Below are positions 46,314 through 55,788 of a DNA stretch of 64,000 nucleotides, in pieces. A program made the position numbers and the translations under genes. The notes under the pieces were generated by a model. The model was not told where the DNA came from. It did no database searches and saw only the letters and a list, made by a program, of their open reading frames with translations. Numbering within the stretch: the first letter of the stretch is position 1; each line of letters begins with the position of its first letter. Source of the stretch: Candidatus Kerfeldbacteria bacterium (GTDB taxonomy: Bacteria > Patescibacteriota > Patescibacteriia > UBA10025 > JAHIVO01); the NCBI GenBank assembly GCA_047946875.1, contig CP181398.1, positions 574,514-638,513 of the forward strand. Reading direction: 5' to 3'.

Positions 46314-48032
46314 ATGAACAATAATATTGAAAAAATAAGACATTCTCTCTCACATCTAATGGCCATGGCCGTACTTGAAATTTTTCCTCAAGCCAAACTT
46401 GCAATTGGCCCAGTTATTGACGATGGTTTTTACTATGATTTTGACATCCCTCGCACTTTCACTCCACAAGATTTGCAAAAAATTGAACAAAGGATGAGAA
46501 AGTTGATCAAACAAAATATTAAGTTTGAAAAAATTAAAGTAACATCTAAAAAAGCTAAAGAACTTTCCAAAGATCAAATATATAAGTTAGAATTAATTGA
46601 TGAACTAATAAAAGAAAACAGTCCCATAACATACTATCAATCAAATAAATTTCTTGATCTTTGTAGTGGACCTCACGTTGAATCAACAAAAGAAATTAAT
46701 AAAGAAGCATTTAAATTAACTAAAAGTGCTGGTGCTTATTGGCGTGGTGATGAAAAAAATAAAATGCTCCAAAGAATTTATGGAGTTGCTTTTGATAATA
46801 AAAAAGAATTAGATAATTATTTAGCATTACAAAAAGAAATAAAAAAACGTGATCATCGAAAACTTGGTAAAGAGTTAGATTTATTTTCATTTCATGATGT
46901 AGCGCCTGGAGCTCCATTTTGGCATCCAAATGGAATGATTATCATAAAAGAGTTAGAAACATTATGGAGAAATATTCATGATAAAAATGGATATCAAGAA
47001 ACTTCGACTCCTATCATGAATAAAAGAGAACTATGGGAAAAATCAGGTCATTGGGAACATTATTCAGAAGATATGTTTAGACTAAAGGTTAATGAGCAAG
47101 AATTCGCTTTAAAACCAATGAACTGTCCTAATTCAACTTATATATATAATTCGCATCTTAGAAGTTACAAAGATTTACCAATACGTCTTTCAGAGATTGG
47201 ACGTTTGCATAGGAATGAACTAACTGGTGCGCTAGGCGGTTTATTTAGAGTTAGACAAATCACTATGGATGATGCACATATCTTTTGTCGACCAGATCAA
47301 ATAGAAAAAGAAATAACTGGAGTCATAAAATTAATTAAACAATTTTACAAAATTTTTAATTTCAAACCTGAGATGGTTTTATCAACCATGCCAAAAAATC
47401 ATCTTGGTGACAAAAAAACTTGGAATTTTGCAGAAGATGCATTAACTCAAGCTTTGAAAAAAAATAAGATTGATTATAAAATCAACCCTGGAGATGGAGC
47501 TTTCTATGGTCCAAAAATTGATATTGTAATTAATGATAATCTTAGTAGAGAATGGCAAATGGCCACTATCCAGCTAGACTTTAACATCCCTCAAAGATTT
47601 AATCTCACTTATACAGATAATAAAGGGAAAAAACAAACTCCAGTAATAATCCATCGCGCAATATTTGGTTCGTTTGAAAGATTTATGGGTATATTAATTG
47701 AGCATTATGCTGGTAACTTCCCTGTTTGGCTTTCCCCTTCTCAAATCACAATCTTAACAGTTGCTAAGAGTCATAAAAAATTTGCCAGTAAACTTAATGA
47801 CAAATTTAAAGAACAAGGATTTAGATCAATTCTTGATGATAATGATGATACTTTAGGATATAAAATTCGAAATGCCGAAAAACAAAAAATACCATACATT
47901 TTGGTAATTGGTGATAAGGAAATGAAAAGTAAAAACTTACATATACGACAGCATGGTTCAAAAAAAATACTTGAAATAACTACTGATAAATTTATAGCAA
48001 GGATAACCAAAGAAATTGCTGACAAAATGTAA
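46314..48032 (+). CDS. thrS: threonyl-tRNA synthetase (lacks the N-terminal TGS domain)
   Basis: 572 aa with RDHRKLGKELDLFSFHDVAPGAPFWHPNG and class II aaRS motifs, but no N1/TGS domain. Confidence 0.95.
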   Translation: MNNNIEKIRHSLSHLMAMAVLEIFPQAKLAIGPVIDDGFYYDFDIPRTFTPQDLQKIEQRMRKLIKQNIKFEKIKVTSKKAKELSKDQIYKLELIDELIKENSPITYYQSNKFLDLCSGPHVESTKEINKEAFKLTKSAGAYWRGDEKNKMLQRIYGVAFDNKKELDNYLALQKEIKKRDHRKLGKELDLFSFHDVAPGAPFWHPNGMIIIKELETLWRNIHDKNGYQETSTPIMNKRELWEKSGHWEHYSEDMFRLKVNEQEFALKPMNCPNSTYIYNSHLRSYKDLPIRLSEIGRLHRNELTGALGGLFRVRQITMDDAHIFCRPDQIEKEITGVIKLIKQFYKIFNFKPEMVLSTMPKNHLGDKKTWNFAEDALTQALKKNKIDYKINPGDGAFYGPKIDIVINDNLSREWQMATIQLDFNIPQRFNLTYTDNKGKKQTPVIIHRAIFGSFERFMGILIEHYAGNFPVWLSPSQITILTVAKSHKKFASKLNDKFKEQGFRSILDDNDDTLGYKIRNAEKQKIPYILVIGDKEMKSKNLHIRQHGSKKILEITTDKFIARITKEIADKM

Positions 48033-48048
48033 TAAAATAATATTTAAA

Positions 48049-48082
48049 CAGGTGTAATTTATTAAATTGTACCTGTTTTTAT
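48049..48082 (+). terminator. intrinsic terminator of thrS
   Basis: ACAGGTgtaatttattaaattgtACCTGT followed by TTTTT. Confidence 0.6.
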
Positions 48083-48141
48083 AAATATATAAAAAAAGAA
48101 GGACTAAATCGTTAGAAGTAGTCCTTATAAATTTCCACCGC

Positions 48142-48382
48142 GGTGGGAACAGAGAGCTGTAGCGTAAGACCGCTACGAGAATGGGGCAACAGATGCTGAT
48201 TGTGGATACAAGATGATGTCAGTATCAACATGAAGTAGCAAGTGCCCTGCCCGGCTATGGTCGACATACATTGTCGCCGTCGCTAAATTAATAGCGTTAT
48301 GGTGCCGGATTGTATAGTAATGTACGATATTACGTACTGGTGTAGGTGCTTAGTTGAAGAACCAAGCTCTCTGTTCCTCACC
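48142..48382. other. 241-bp GC-rich structured intergenic element bounded by 17-18-bp inverted repeats (GGTGGGAACAGAGAGCT ... AGCTCTCTGTTCCTCACC): candidate ncRNA or MITE-like insertion
   Basis: Its GC content is far above that of the surrounding intergenic DNA. The terminal inverted repeats are perfect for 13 bp, which I counted by eye. Internal hairpins include CCACCGCGGTGG, GTAGCG-taagac-CGCTAC and GTACGatattACGTAC. All six frames have stop codons. Confidence 0.35.
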
Positions 48383-48500
48383 AAGTTACCTCCAATAAAT
48401 AATAGTACATATTAGCATACCTATTATTATTGTCAAGGGGTATTTTGTGGATATTAAAAAACACCCATATTTTACAATGTCTTTATATAATAATTAATTT

Positions 48501-48650
48501 CTAACTCATCATTAATGCAATAAATATCCCAGCTGCAATAGAACCTAAAATAGCTACCGTTAACACAACTTTTACTCCAAGACCAACTTTTTCCTCAGTC
48601 TCAACTGCAACAATCTTATTTTTATCATTGTCTAAATCTTCAAAAGCCAT
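48501..48650 (-). CDS. small tail-anchored membrane peptide (49 aa), hypothetical
   Basis: MAFEDLDNDKNKIVAVETEEKVGLGVKVVLTVAILGSIAAGIFIALMMS. It is preceded on the minus strand by TGATATACT (extended -10-like). It is absent from the track because it is under 60 aa. Confidence 0.35.
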   Translation of the reverse strand: MAFEDLDNDKNKIVAVETEEKVGLGVKVVLTVAILGSIAAGIFIALMMS

Positions 48651-48736
48651 ATTATTTATTCAACTGATTATGTAATAAGTATATCATATCAATCCCCTTG
48701 ATTGCAAAGCAATAATAAACTACAATACACACTACT

Positions 48737-50107
48737 ATGAAATATTATATCTTAGTTATTGGTTGTCAGATGAACTATTCTGATGCCGAGAGAATATCAC
48801 AAACACTAAATCAATACGATGGTCAGCAGGTAAATAAAGAAAAAGACGCTGATGTAATTTTTGTTGTGTCTTGTTCTGTAAGACAAAAAGCGATGGATAA
48901 AATATATGGTCGTATCAAAAAATGGCAAGCTAAAAGAAAAGATCATAACGTAAAAATCATATTAACTGGATGCGTTTTACCGGCTGACAGGAAAAAACTC
49001 AAAGAAAACTTTGATATTTTTATTGAAATTAAAGATTTAAATAAACTTCCTACTTTATTAAAACTATCTCGTAGTATTAATAAAAACTCCTTAACAAATG
49101 CAGACTACCTAGCATTTAAACCCAACTATAGTTCAAAATTTCAAGCATATATCCCAATCATGACAGGATGTAATAACTACTGTACTTTTTGTGCTGTCCC
49201 CTACACCAGAGGTCAAGAAGCCTCAAGACCTTCATCTGAAATTATTAAGGAGATAGAATTGTTATTAAAAAAAGGTTATAAAGAGATTACTCTACTAGGT
49301 CAAAATGTTAATGCGTACCTTGATCCAGATATGAAGCATGCAAAAGAAATTGTAAAATCACGTTCCAAACAATATTGGGAATTCAATTATGACCAACCAA
49401 TACAAAAAAGAATGGCTAGTACTAACGTAGCTAAAGATTTTGCTACACTTTTAAAAAAAATTAATAATCTTCCTGGAGATTTTTGGATACGTTTTCTCTC
49501 TTCAAACCCTCAAGATATTTCTAATGAGTTAATCAAAGTACTAGCGGAATGTAAAAAAATAGCTCCTTACTTTCATTTTGCGCTTCAATCAGGAGATGAC
49601 GAAATATTAAGAAAAATGAATAGACGCCATACTTCTAATGACTATACTCAACTTGTAAAAAAAATACGGAAAGCTAAGCCGGGTATCGCTATCTCTACAG
49701 ATATAATTGTAGGTTTTTCTGGTGAAACAAAAAAGCAATTTACAAACACCGTCAAAATTATGAAAAAAATTAAATTTGATATGGCCTATCTTGCAGAATA
49801 TTCAACCCGTCCAGGCACTACCGCTGAAAAATTTTTTAAGGACAATATATCTAATAAAGAAAAAAGATTACGAAAAGATAAATTAAACGATATATTAGAA
49901 GATAGTGCAAAAAATATTAATAAAAAAATTATTGGTGAGACTGTCCCCGTCTTAGTTGAAAAATACAATACCAAGAAAAAATTAAATATTGGCAAAACCA
50001 ATACTTATAAAACAATATATTTTACAGGAGAAAATTTGATCGGAAATTTTATAAACGTACAAGTAACCAAAGCAGATGCCTGGGGTCTACATGGCAAGTT
50101 AAAATAA
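48737..50107 (+). CDS. miaB: MiaB-family tRNA methylthiotransferase (radical SAM)
   Basis: 456 aa with an MTTase N-domain (YILVIGCQMNYSDAE), the radical-SAM motif CNNYCTFCAVPYTRG and a TRAM-like C-terminus. Confidence 0.85.
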   Translation: MKYYILVIGCQMNYSDAERISQTLNQYDGQQVNKEKDADVIFVVSCSVRQKAMDKIYGRIKKWQAKRKDHNVKIILTGCVLPADRKKLKENFDIFIEIKDLNKLPTLLKLSRSINKNSLTNADYLAFKPNYSSKFQAYIPIMTGCNNYCTFCAVPYTRGQEASRPSSEIIKEIELLLKKGYKEITLLGQNVNAYLDPDMKHAKEIVKSRSKQYWEFNYDQPIQKRMASTNVAKDFATLLKKINNLPGDFWIRFLSSNPQDISNELIKVLAECKKIAPYFHFALQSGDDEILRKMNRRHTSNDYTQLVKKIRKAKPGIAISTDIIVGFSGETKKQFTNTVKIMKKIKFDMAYLAEYSTRPGTTAEKFFKDNISNKEKRLRKDKLNDILEDSAKNINKKIIGETVPVLVEKYNTKKKLNIGKTNTYKTIYFTGENLIGNFINVQVTKADAWGLHGKLK

Positions 50108-50111
50108 AAAA

Positions 50112-50143
50112 ACAGGTTATTAATAAAAATATCCTGTTTTAGA
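50112..50143. terminator. bidirectional terminator between convergent miaB and the 50139 gene
   Basis: AACAGGttattaataaaaatatCCTGTT plus TTT. Confidence 0.45.
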
Positions 50144-50801
50144 ATAAAGAGCTAAATCCATAAATTGAACCAAGTATTGCCAAATGTCGAATTATCATAC
50201 CGAGAATAAGTACAATCCATCCAATATAAGCATATTGATTATATTTTAGGATAAAAATACCTATACCTACTCCACCGGGTAAAGGAGGAAATCTTGGCAT
50301 TAGACCAAGACAAAAGATTGTAAACAAGCCAGCTTTGGTCGGCTTTTTTTTCAAATCATTTAGGTGATCTTTCATCCTATTAATTTGATTCATACCATTA
50401 GAATCACCAAAGAGTTTACTTACTTCACTACGGAATGTTTTAAGCCCAACTACTACCGCATGAATAACACTGGTAAACAAGCGCCATTTTAGTAATCCAT
50501 TTATCAACAAAATATCAAATGTAATAGTAATAGCATCAACTACTAAGAAACAAACTACGATATGCCAAAATTGATAACTTTGCGAATAAAGTCTATAAGC
50601 CAGTGCCTCGGAAGATAATAATGCAGTAATAAAGTTCAAAACATAATGACCCCAAACAAATTGGTCTAAGGTTAAATATAGAGCTATTACCAACATAATA
50701 AATGATACTACCGATGTGATAGGATATCTTCTGACACTATTTCTAATAAACATTATGAAATTTACTTTAAGCCATCGAACAAAATATTCCATTGCATCCA
50801 T
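50139..50801 (-). CDS. hypothetical polytopic membrane protein
   Basis: 220 aa with 5-6 TM helices, containing LGLMPRFPPLPGGVGIGIFI. Confidence 0.45.
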   Translation of the reverse strand: MDAMEYFVRWLKVNFIMFIRNSVRRYPITSVVSFIMLVIALYLTLDQFVWGHYVLNFITALLSSEALAYRLYSQSYQFWHIVVCFLVVDAITITFDILLINGLLKWRLFTSVIHAVVVGLKTFRSEVSKLFGDSNGMNQINRMKDHLNDLKKKPTKAGLFTIFCLGLMPRFPPLPGGVGIGIFILKYNQYAYIGWIVLILGMIIRHLAILGSIYGFSSLF

Positions 50802-50924
50802 TCAAGCCCCTCTCGTTGTCCATATTTTTGTTAATGTTCTTATTGACTAATTCAAATATCTTACTCTGATATTTCTAAATTGTCAATAAAAAAATCGCCT
50901 TGTCACACAACAACAAAACGATTT

Positions 50925-51506
50925 TTACAAACTCAATAGCTTAAAGAACAAATCAGATTCTAATAACAAGGAGACTAAATAATCCTGTACCCAGCTAATA
51001 ATATCTGATCCGATATAAACTAGCAAATAAGCTCGGAGGGTCGTGCCTAAGATAAGACAAATGTAAGAAAAATAATTATTTCTCAAAACACATAGCCCTA
51101 TTCCAAACTTAACAAAAAATGGCAAGCACCCCAGAACAAATAATGTTATAAAGTATAAACATTTCCAAGAGAAATGCCACCTTTTCTGATATGCCCTCAT
51201 CCGCGCCCATTCAATAGAGCTTACAAACATTGAACCTATACGTCCAATTTTGTATTTGGTAATATGTAAGTTTCTCAATACCTTTCTATCAGCAATCCAT
51301 AACACTCTTAATGAGTTGGTCAAAAAGACAACATACACTAAGAAATAAATTGATAAAATAGAAAATATGAATAACTTTTGTTGCCATATTACTGCAATGG
51401 TTGGGATTATTAATTCTAATGGAACAATACCTAAAGTTGCAAAAAACAAAGCCAACCATCTTGCTTGGACAAGTTTTTTTATTGGTACATTTTTAGTCAA
51501 AATCAC
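50925..51506 (-). CDS. hypothetical polytopic membrane protein (possibly small multidrug export family, PF06695-like)
   Basis: 193 aa. GIVPLELIIPTIAV resembles the PxxELxxxxP motif of that family. Weak call. Confidence 0.4.
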   Translation of the reverse strand: MILTKNVPIKKLVQARWLALFFATLGIVPLELIIPTIAVIWQQKLFIFSILSIYFLVYVVFLTNSLRVLWIADRKVLRNLHITKYKIGRIGSMFVSSIEWARMRAYQKRWHFSWKCLYFITLFVLGCLPFFVKFGIGLCVLRNNYFSYICLILGTTLRAYLLVYIGSDIISWVQDYLVSLLLESDLFFKLLSL

Positions 51507-51566
51507 CTCCTTTTGATTATCAAAGATCTATATATTAATAGATAAATATATGTTATTTTAATCATT

Positions 51567-52529
51567 TTGTCAATACTACTCCTCAAAAAATCATATTTAA
51601 TGTACAATAAGAATATGAAAATAAATAATAAACCTTTACTAATAGTAATTGTTGGTCCAAATGCCTCAGGTAAAACATCCTTATCTATTAAACTTGCAAA
51701 AAAATTTAATGGTGAAATAATTTCTGCTGATTCAAGACAAGTTTATAAAAATATGGATATTGGCACCGGTAAAGTTACAAAACAAGAACAACAGACTATA
51801 CAACACTATCTGATTGATGTAGCTTCTCCAAACAAAGAATACAATGTATCACATTTTAAAAAAGATACTTTGAAGGCACTAAAAAAAATATATATCCAAA
51901 ATAAACTCCCCTTCTTAGTTGGAGGGACAGGTTTTTGGATACAAGCCATAATAGATGATATAAATCTACCGGCAGTAAAACCAAATAAAAAACTGAGAAA
52001 ACAACTTGGGAATAAAAATTCTGTACAACTTTTTAACATTCTAAAAAAACTCGATCCAAGTAGAGCTAAAAATATAGATGCTAAAAATCCTTTCCGATTA
52101 ATTAGAGCTATAGAAATAGTCAAAGCTACAAAAAAACCAATTGCAAAAATTAAGAAAAAAGATATTTATAATTTATTGGTTTTAGGTATTAAGCACCCCA
52201 AGAATATAATTCAAAACAGAATCAATAAACGTTTAACTATTAGATTAAAACAGGGCATGATCTCAGAAGTAAAAAAACTTCACAAGCAAGGAGTAAGCTG
52301 GAAAAGAATGGAAACTATTGGTTTAGAATATAAATTTATATCCAGCTATCTACGTAATAATATAACAAAACAAGAAATGAAGGATAAAATTAAAACATCA
52401 TCTTACAAATATGCGAAACGTCAGTTAACATGGTTCAATAAAGATGATAGAATAAACTGGATAACTAGTCAAAAGGAAGCAATAAAATTAACTAACAAAT
52501 TTATTAAACAATATGCCAACAATAATTAG
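51567..52529 (+). CDS. miaA: tRNA dimethylallyltransferase
   Basis: LIVIVGPNASGKTSLSIKLAKKFNGEIISADSRQVYKNMDIGTGK is the MiaA P-loop signature. Confidence 0.9.
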   Translation: MSILLLKKSYLMYNKNMKINNKPLLIVIVGPNASGKTSLSIKLAKKFNGEIISADSRQVYKNMDIGTGKVTKQEQQTIQHYLIDVASPNKEYNVSHFKKDTLKALKKIYIQNKLPFLVGGTGFWIQAIIDDINLPAVKPNKKLRKQLGNKNSVQLFNILKKLDPSRAKNIDAKNPFRLIRAIEIVKATKKPIAKIKKKDIYNLLVLGIKHPKNIIQNRINKRLTIRLKQGMISEVKKLHKQGVSWKRMETIGLEYKFISSYLRNNITKQEMKDKIKTSSYKYAKRQLTWFNKDDRINWITSQKEAIKLTNKFIKQYANNN

Positions 52530-52848
52530 CGGTAAACATTTAAAGCTCAATAGTCCACTCAAAATATATATTTTACAGAAACTACGAAAGATTAAGAAAC
52601 TTTCACCACACATATTGGAATTTAAGGCTGAACTAGACAAAGAGAATAACAAAAGCCAAGGAGATGTCTTTCGTGCAGAAATTTCATTAAAACTTGCTGG
52701 TAAAATTATAAAAGCTGGCCAAAAATCCAAACATATGCGTGAAGCAATAGATCTATGTATCCCAAAAATTACACGACAAATAAATAAATACAAAACGATC
52801 ACAAGAAAAAGTAAACAACCAGGCAATAAAACTATCAGAAAACAATAA
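52513..52848 (+). CDS. hpf: ribosome hibernation promoting factor (HPF/RaiA family)
   Basis: 111 aa. ISGKHLKLNSPLKIYILQKLRKI...FRAEISLKLAGKIIKAGQKSKHMREAIDL has the S30AE/HPF fold signature. It overlaps miaA by 17 nt. Confidence 0.85.
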   Translation: MPTIISGKHLKLNSPLKIYILQKLRKIKKLSPHILEFKAELDKENNKSQGDVFRAEISLKLAGKIIKAGQKSKHMREAIDLCIPKITRQINKYKTITRKSKQPGNKTIRKQ

Positions 52849-52857
52849 TATTAAAAA

Positions 52858-52888
52858 AAAGCGCAGTTCTTAGAATTGCGCTTTTATA
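52858..52888. terminator. bidirectional terminator between hpf and the 52894 gene
   Basis: AAGCGCAgttcttagaaTTGCGCTT plus TTAT. Confidence 0.5.
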
Positions 52889-52893
52889 GAAAA

Positions 52894-53427
52894 TTAAACC
52901 TTACCTAAAGGCTCAAGTCCGATCAATATCTCTTTGAATTTTGATCCGGAAGTATCATCAGGTAAATATGCCAGCACGGAAGAAAGATGAGTCATCACTA
53001 GGAACCCACGACCACAGTCGTCAGTAGTAAATGTTTCACTAACTTCCAGGTTGATATTCTTGATATCAATCTTGCCAGCATCATCAGTAATACCTACAAA
53101 AAGCATTACTTTCGGTATATGCATCACATTGATGCCGACTTTATGCTTACCACAATTAGATCCATGTCTAATAGCATTAGACACAGCTTCTGATACTGCT
53201 ATTGCTAGATCAGCAAGGCGTGATGACTTGAATGGGAAACCCTTTACGATTTCCTCAAGTTTTGTATCAACGACCTCAATCTGAGTTTCAATAGCCTCTA
53301 CTTCGAAATGTTCCATTATAATATCTTCAGGAACGATATTCGTTGGTAACCACAGTGGATTCTCATGTTCCTTCTCTGCACCAAAAAACAAGATACTCCC
53401 ATCATTCATAGTATATGGTCGAATCAT
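52894..53427 (-). CDS. HATPase_c-type anti-sigma regulatory factor / Ser-Thr protein kinase (RsbW/SpoIIAB-like)
   Basis: 177 aa. AVSEAVSNAIRHG (N-box-like) and GRGFLVM (G2 box). GGAGG sits 8 nt upstream of the ATG. Confidence 0.55.
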   Translation of the reverse strand: MIRPYTMNDGSILFFGAEKEHENPLWLPTNIVPEDIIMEHFEVEAIETQIEVVDTKLEEIVKGFPFKSSRLADLAIAVSEAVSNAIRHGSNCGKHKVGINVMHIPKVMLFVGITDDAGKIDIKNINLEVSETFTTDDCGRGFLVMTHLSSVLAYLPDDTSGSKFKEILIGLEPLGKV

Positions 53428-53551
53428 TTTACACTCCTCCTTCCATGTGCTATTGACAATGAACTTTTCATATCAACTTATCAAAATAACTTACTTTTGT
53501 CAATAATAGAAGGAGAGAAAATAAATTCTCCCCTTAATTATATATAATTTG

Positions 53552-54592
53552 TTAATATATTCTAGAACGATTAGATGGAAATGTCACAGCCTTAGTTATA
53601 TCAGTCTGACCTAATAGATATTGGAATATCCTAGATAAACCAAATCCACATCCAGAATGAGGTACAGATGGATATTCTTTTAGCATTTGTAGATACCAAG
53701 CAAAACCATCTTCAGCCTTATCATCCTTAGCTTTAAGAGCTTTGAACATTTCTGAGTTATATAATCTACTCTTAAACTCTTCATATTCCCAGACTCTAGC
53801 CGCTGAACCTACACACTCACCACCAAATGGCACAATACAGTCAGCACTTTGCACTAAGTCAGAATTCTTTTGATCAGGCACCATGTTAAAAAACTTAATG
53901 GCTAAGTTATCCTTTTTAGCAGCAAATAACTTTTGCATTCTTTCGCTTTCTGGGTTTGGAAAACGAACGATAAGTATCGGTCCACCGCCATGATTCTTAA
54001 TTAGCTCTTTTTCTTGGGTTGATGATATATCGTCTCCCCATTCTAGACCTAATTCCTCAATCGCATCCTCATACTGAATTCTTGGAAATGGACTATTATG
54101 ATCTACTAAATGTTTTAAATCTTTTGGTAAGCCATATGATTCTCTTTCTTTTGCTGGTATAGCTTTAATCGTATCTACCAAATGAGTAATAAATGATTCG
54201 ATTTCTATCAGCAACTGTTCAAAATCACCGCGAAATTCTATCTCAACCATCTCAAACTCGGTAAGATGTCTAGTATCTGCTTTTGGCTCTGCACGTCCTG
54301 ATGGACCAATACAATAAACTTTTTCGAGACCCCCTCTCCCCAAAAGGGACTCGAGATATAATTGTCCAGTTTGAGCAAAATATGCTCTTTTCTGGCCTTG
54401 GTTAAACCAGTGAACATCTTTATCAACACCTATTTCAAATAAGGTATCGATATTTTCACATGCACCACTAGCTGGTACAATACGTGGCACAGTAATTCTT
54501 TGAAAGCCCTTTTTTCTTAAATAGCTTTCTCCAGCATCTACCATCTTGTCGATAAACTTAATGGTTTTAAAATTTGGATCATGAAACTCCAT
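53552..54592 (-). CDS. class II aaRS catalytic-core paralog: aspartate-ammonia ligase (AsnA)-like or AsnRS-like, without an anticodon-binding domain
   Basis: 346 aa. Motif 2-like SGRAEPKADTRHLTEFEMVEIE and motif 3-like GCGFGLSRIFQYLLG. There is no N-terminal OB fold. Confidence 0.6.
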   Translation of the reverse strand: MEFHDPNFKTIKFIDKMVDAGESYLRKKGFQRITVPRIVPASGACENIDTLFEIGVDKDVHWFNQGQKRAYFAQTGQLYLESLLGRGGLEKVYCIGPSGRAEPKADTRHLTEFEMVEIEFRGDFEQLLIEIESFITHLVDTIKAIPAKERESYGLPKDLKHLVDHNSPFPRIQYEDAIEELGLEWGDDISSTQEKELIKNHGGGPILIVRFPNPESERMQKLFAAKKDNLAIKFFNMVPDQKNSDLVQSADCIVPFGGECVGSAARVWEYEEFKSRLYNSEMFKALKAKDDKAEDGFAWYLQMLKEYPSVPHSGCGFGLSRIFQYLLGQTDITKAVTFPSNRSRIY

Positions 54593-54642
54593 ATAATTTC
54601 CTTTCTAAAGGAAATCATTAGAATTTACAGATTTCCTTTTTG

Positions 54643-55524
54643 TTAATTGTTTATTTTGTTAATACGATATTCTCGCACCAATTTTGTTGATATCCATGGT
54701 CGCATGATATGAGCAGAACCTATACTAACAGCTGTTGCGCCACATTCTAAAAAATCTCCAACATCATAGATGTTATTAATACCACCTCCACCAATTATTG
54801 GTAATTTGCAATTTTGTGCAAACCAACCAACTTGCTCAAGGGCGTGTTCTTTGATGATGCTACCAGATATTCCTCCACCTAATAATAATGGTGATTTTTT
54901 ATCTGGATAAAGATTATTGAATGGGATAGTATTGATCATATCCACTGCATCAATCTCAGCATACTCAAGAATTTTTTTGAATTCCTTACGAGTTACTTCA
55001 TCTTGATACCCAATCTTTACAATGATTGGATGTTTTGAAATAACCTTCGCAGATAACAAGGTCATTCTTGTTAGATCAAAATCCTCCTGCCATTTAATCC
55101 AGTCAGGCGTATTTGGACATGAAAGATTAATTTCTATTCCCAAAATATCCAATTTATTTATTTTTTTAACTATGGCAACAATGTTTTCTGGCTTTTCTCC
55201 ACTTATAGAGACAACCAAATTAACACCCTTAACCTTTGGATATTCTTTTTGGATAAACCAATCAATACCTCGATTAGTTAAACCAAATGCATTTACCCAA
55301 CCGCCTTTGATTGGTGATAATACCTGCCATGGATTACGTCCAGTAAAATTACCAATACGTGGGTTTAATGTTAGTGTTTTGGTAATGATCATACCAATTT
55401 CATTTAATCTAAGTATTCCTATGTAGCTTAGTGGTCGCTCCCACCCATATGCACGGCCAAAGGCCAATGCCCCAGATGAGGCAACAATAGGATTTCTAAT
55501 CTGCATACTTCCAAGATTCAACAT
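54643..55524 (-). CDS. dihydroorotate dehydrogenase family protein (class 1 PyrD/PreA-like)
   Basis: 293 aa. FGLTNRG, NLSCPNT (the N-x-S-C-P-N signature) and GGGISGS...GATAVSIGSA. Confidence 0.7.
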   Translation of the reverse strand: MLNLGSMQIRNPIVASSGALAFGRAYGWERPLSYIGILRLNEIGMIITKTLTLNPRIGNFTGRNPWQVLSPIKGGWVNAFGLTNRGIDWFIQKEYPKVKGVNLVVSISGEKPENIVAIVKKINKLDILGIEINLSCPNTPDWIKWQEDFDLTRMTLLSAKVISKHPIIVKIGYQDEVTRKEFKKILEYAEIDAVDMINTIPFNNLYPDKKSPLLLGGGISGSIIKEHALEQVGWFAQNCKLPIIGGGGINNIYDVGDFLECGATAVSIGSAHIMRPWISTKLVREYRINKINN

Positions 55525-55533
55525 TTTTGGACT

Positions 55534-55600
55534 CCTTTATTTAGTTGTCAAAGTACGGTCAAAAAAAATAACCCCTTAATTGGGGTTAATTTCAATAGAT
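55534..55600 (-). terminator. intrinsic terminator of gatB
   Basis: Minus strand AACCCCAATTAAGGGGTT followed by ATTTTTTTT. Confidence 0.55.
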
Positions 55601-55788
55601 TGTTGAGAATAAATCCGGTAATCTCCCGGTCCACTCTCGTTACCGAGTAATTTTTTGCGTTTAATTTGTTTGCAAAATATTTTCATACTCTGCTCCTAAA
55701 GATACTCCTAGATTTAATCCTTGTCAAATTAGCTAATCTAAGCCAAAAATTATATACTTATCCACAATATCTATAGTAATGTCCATTT

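Noticed and set aside
48136-48382. RNase P RNA, tmRNA, 6S RNA or a T-box as the identity of the IR-flanked element.
   Set aside because: It lacks the RNase P CR-I/CR-V motifs and the tmRNA tRNA-like ends. The arms do not pair along their length as a 6S hairpin requires. No T-box consensus lies in the correct orientation, since the element is downstream of thrS rather than upstream of an aaRS gene.
52488-52826. Track ORF 52488..52826 (-), 112 aa.
   Set aside because: It is antisense to hpf, which has a clear HPF/RaiA signature. It is a spurious frame.
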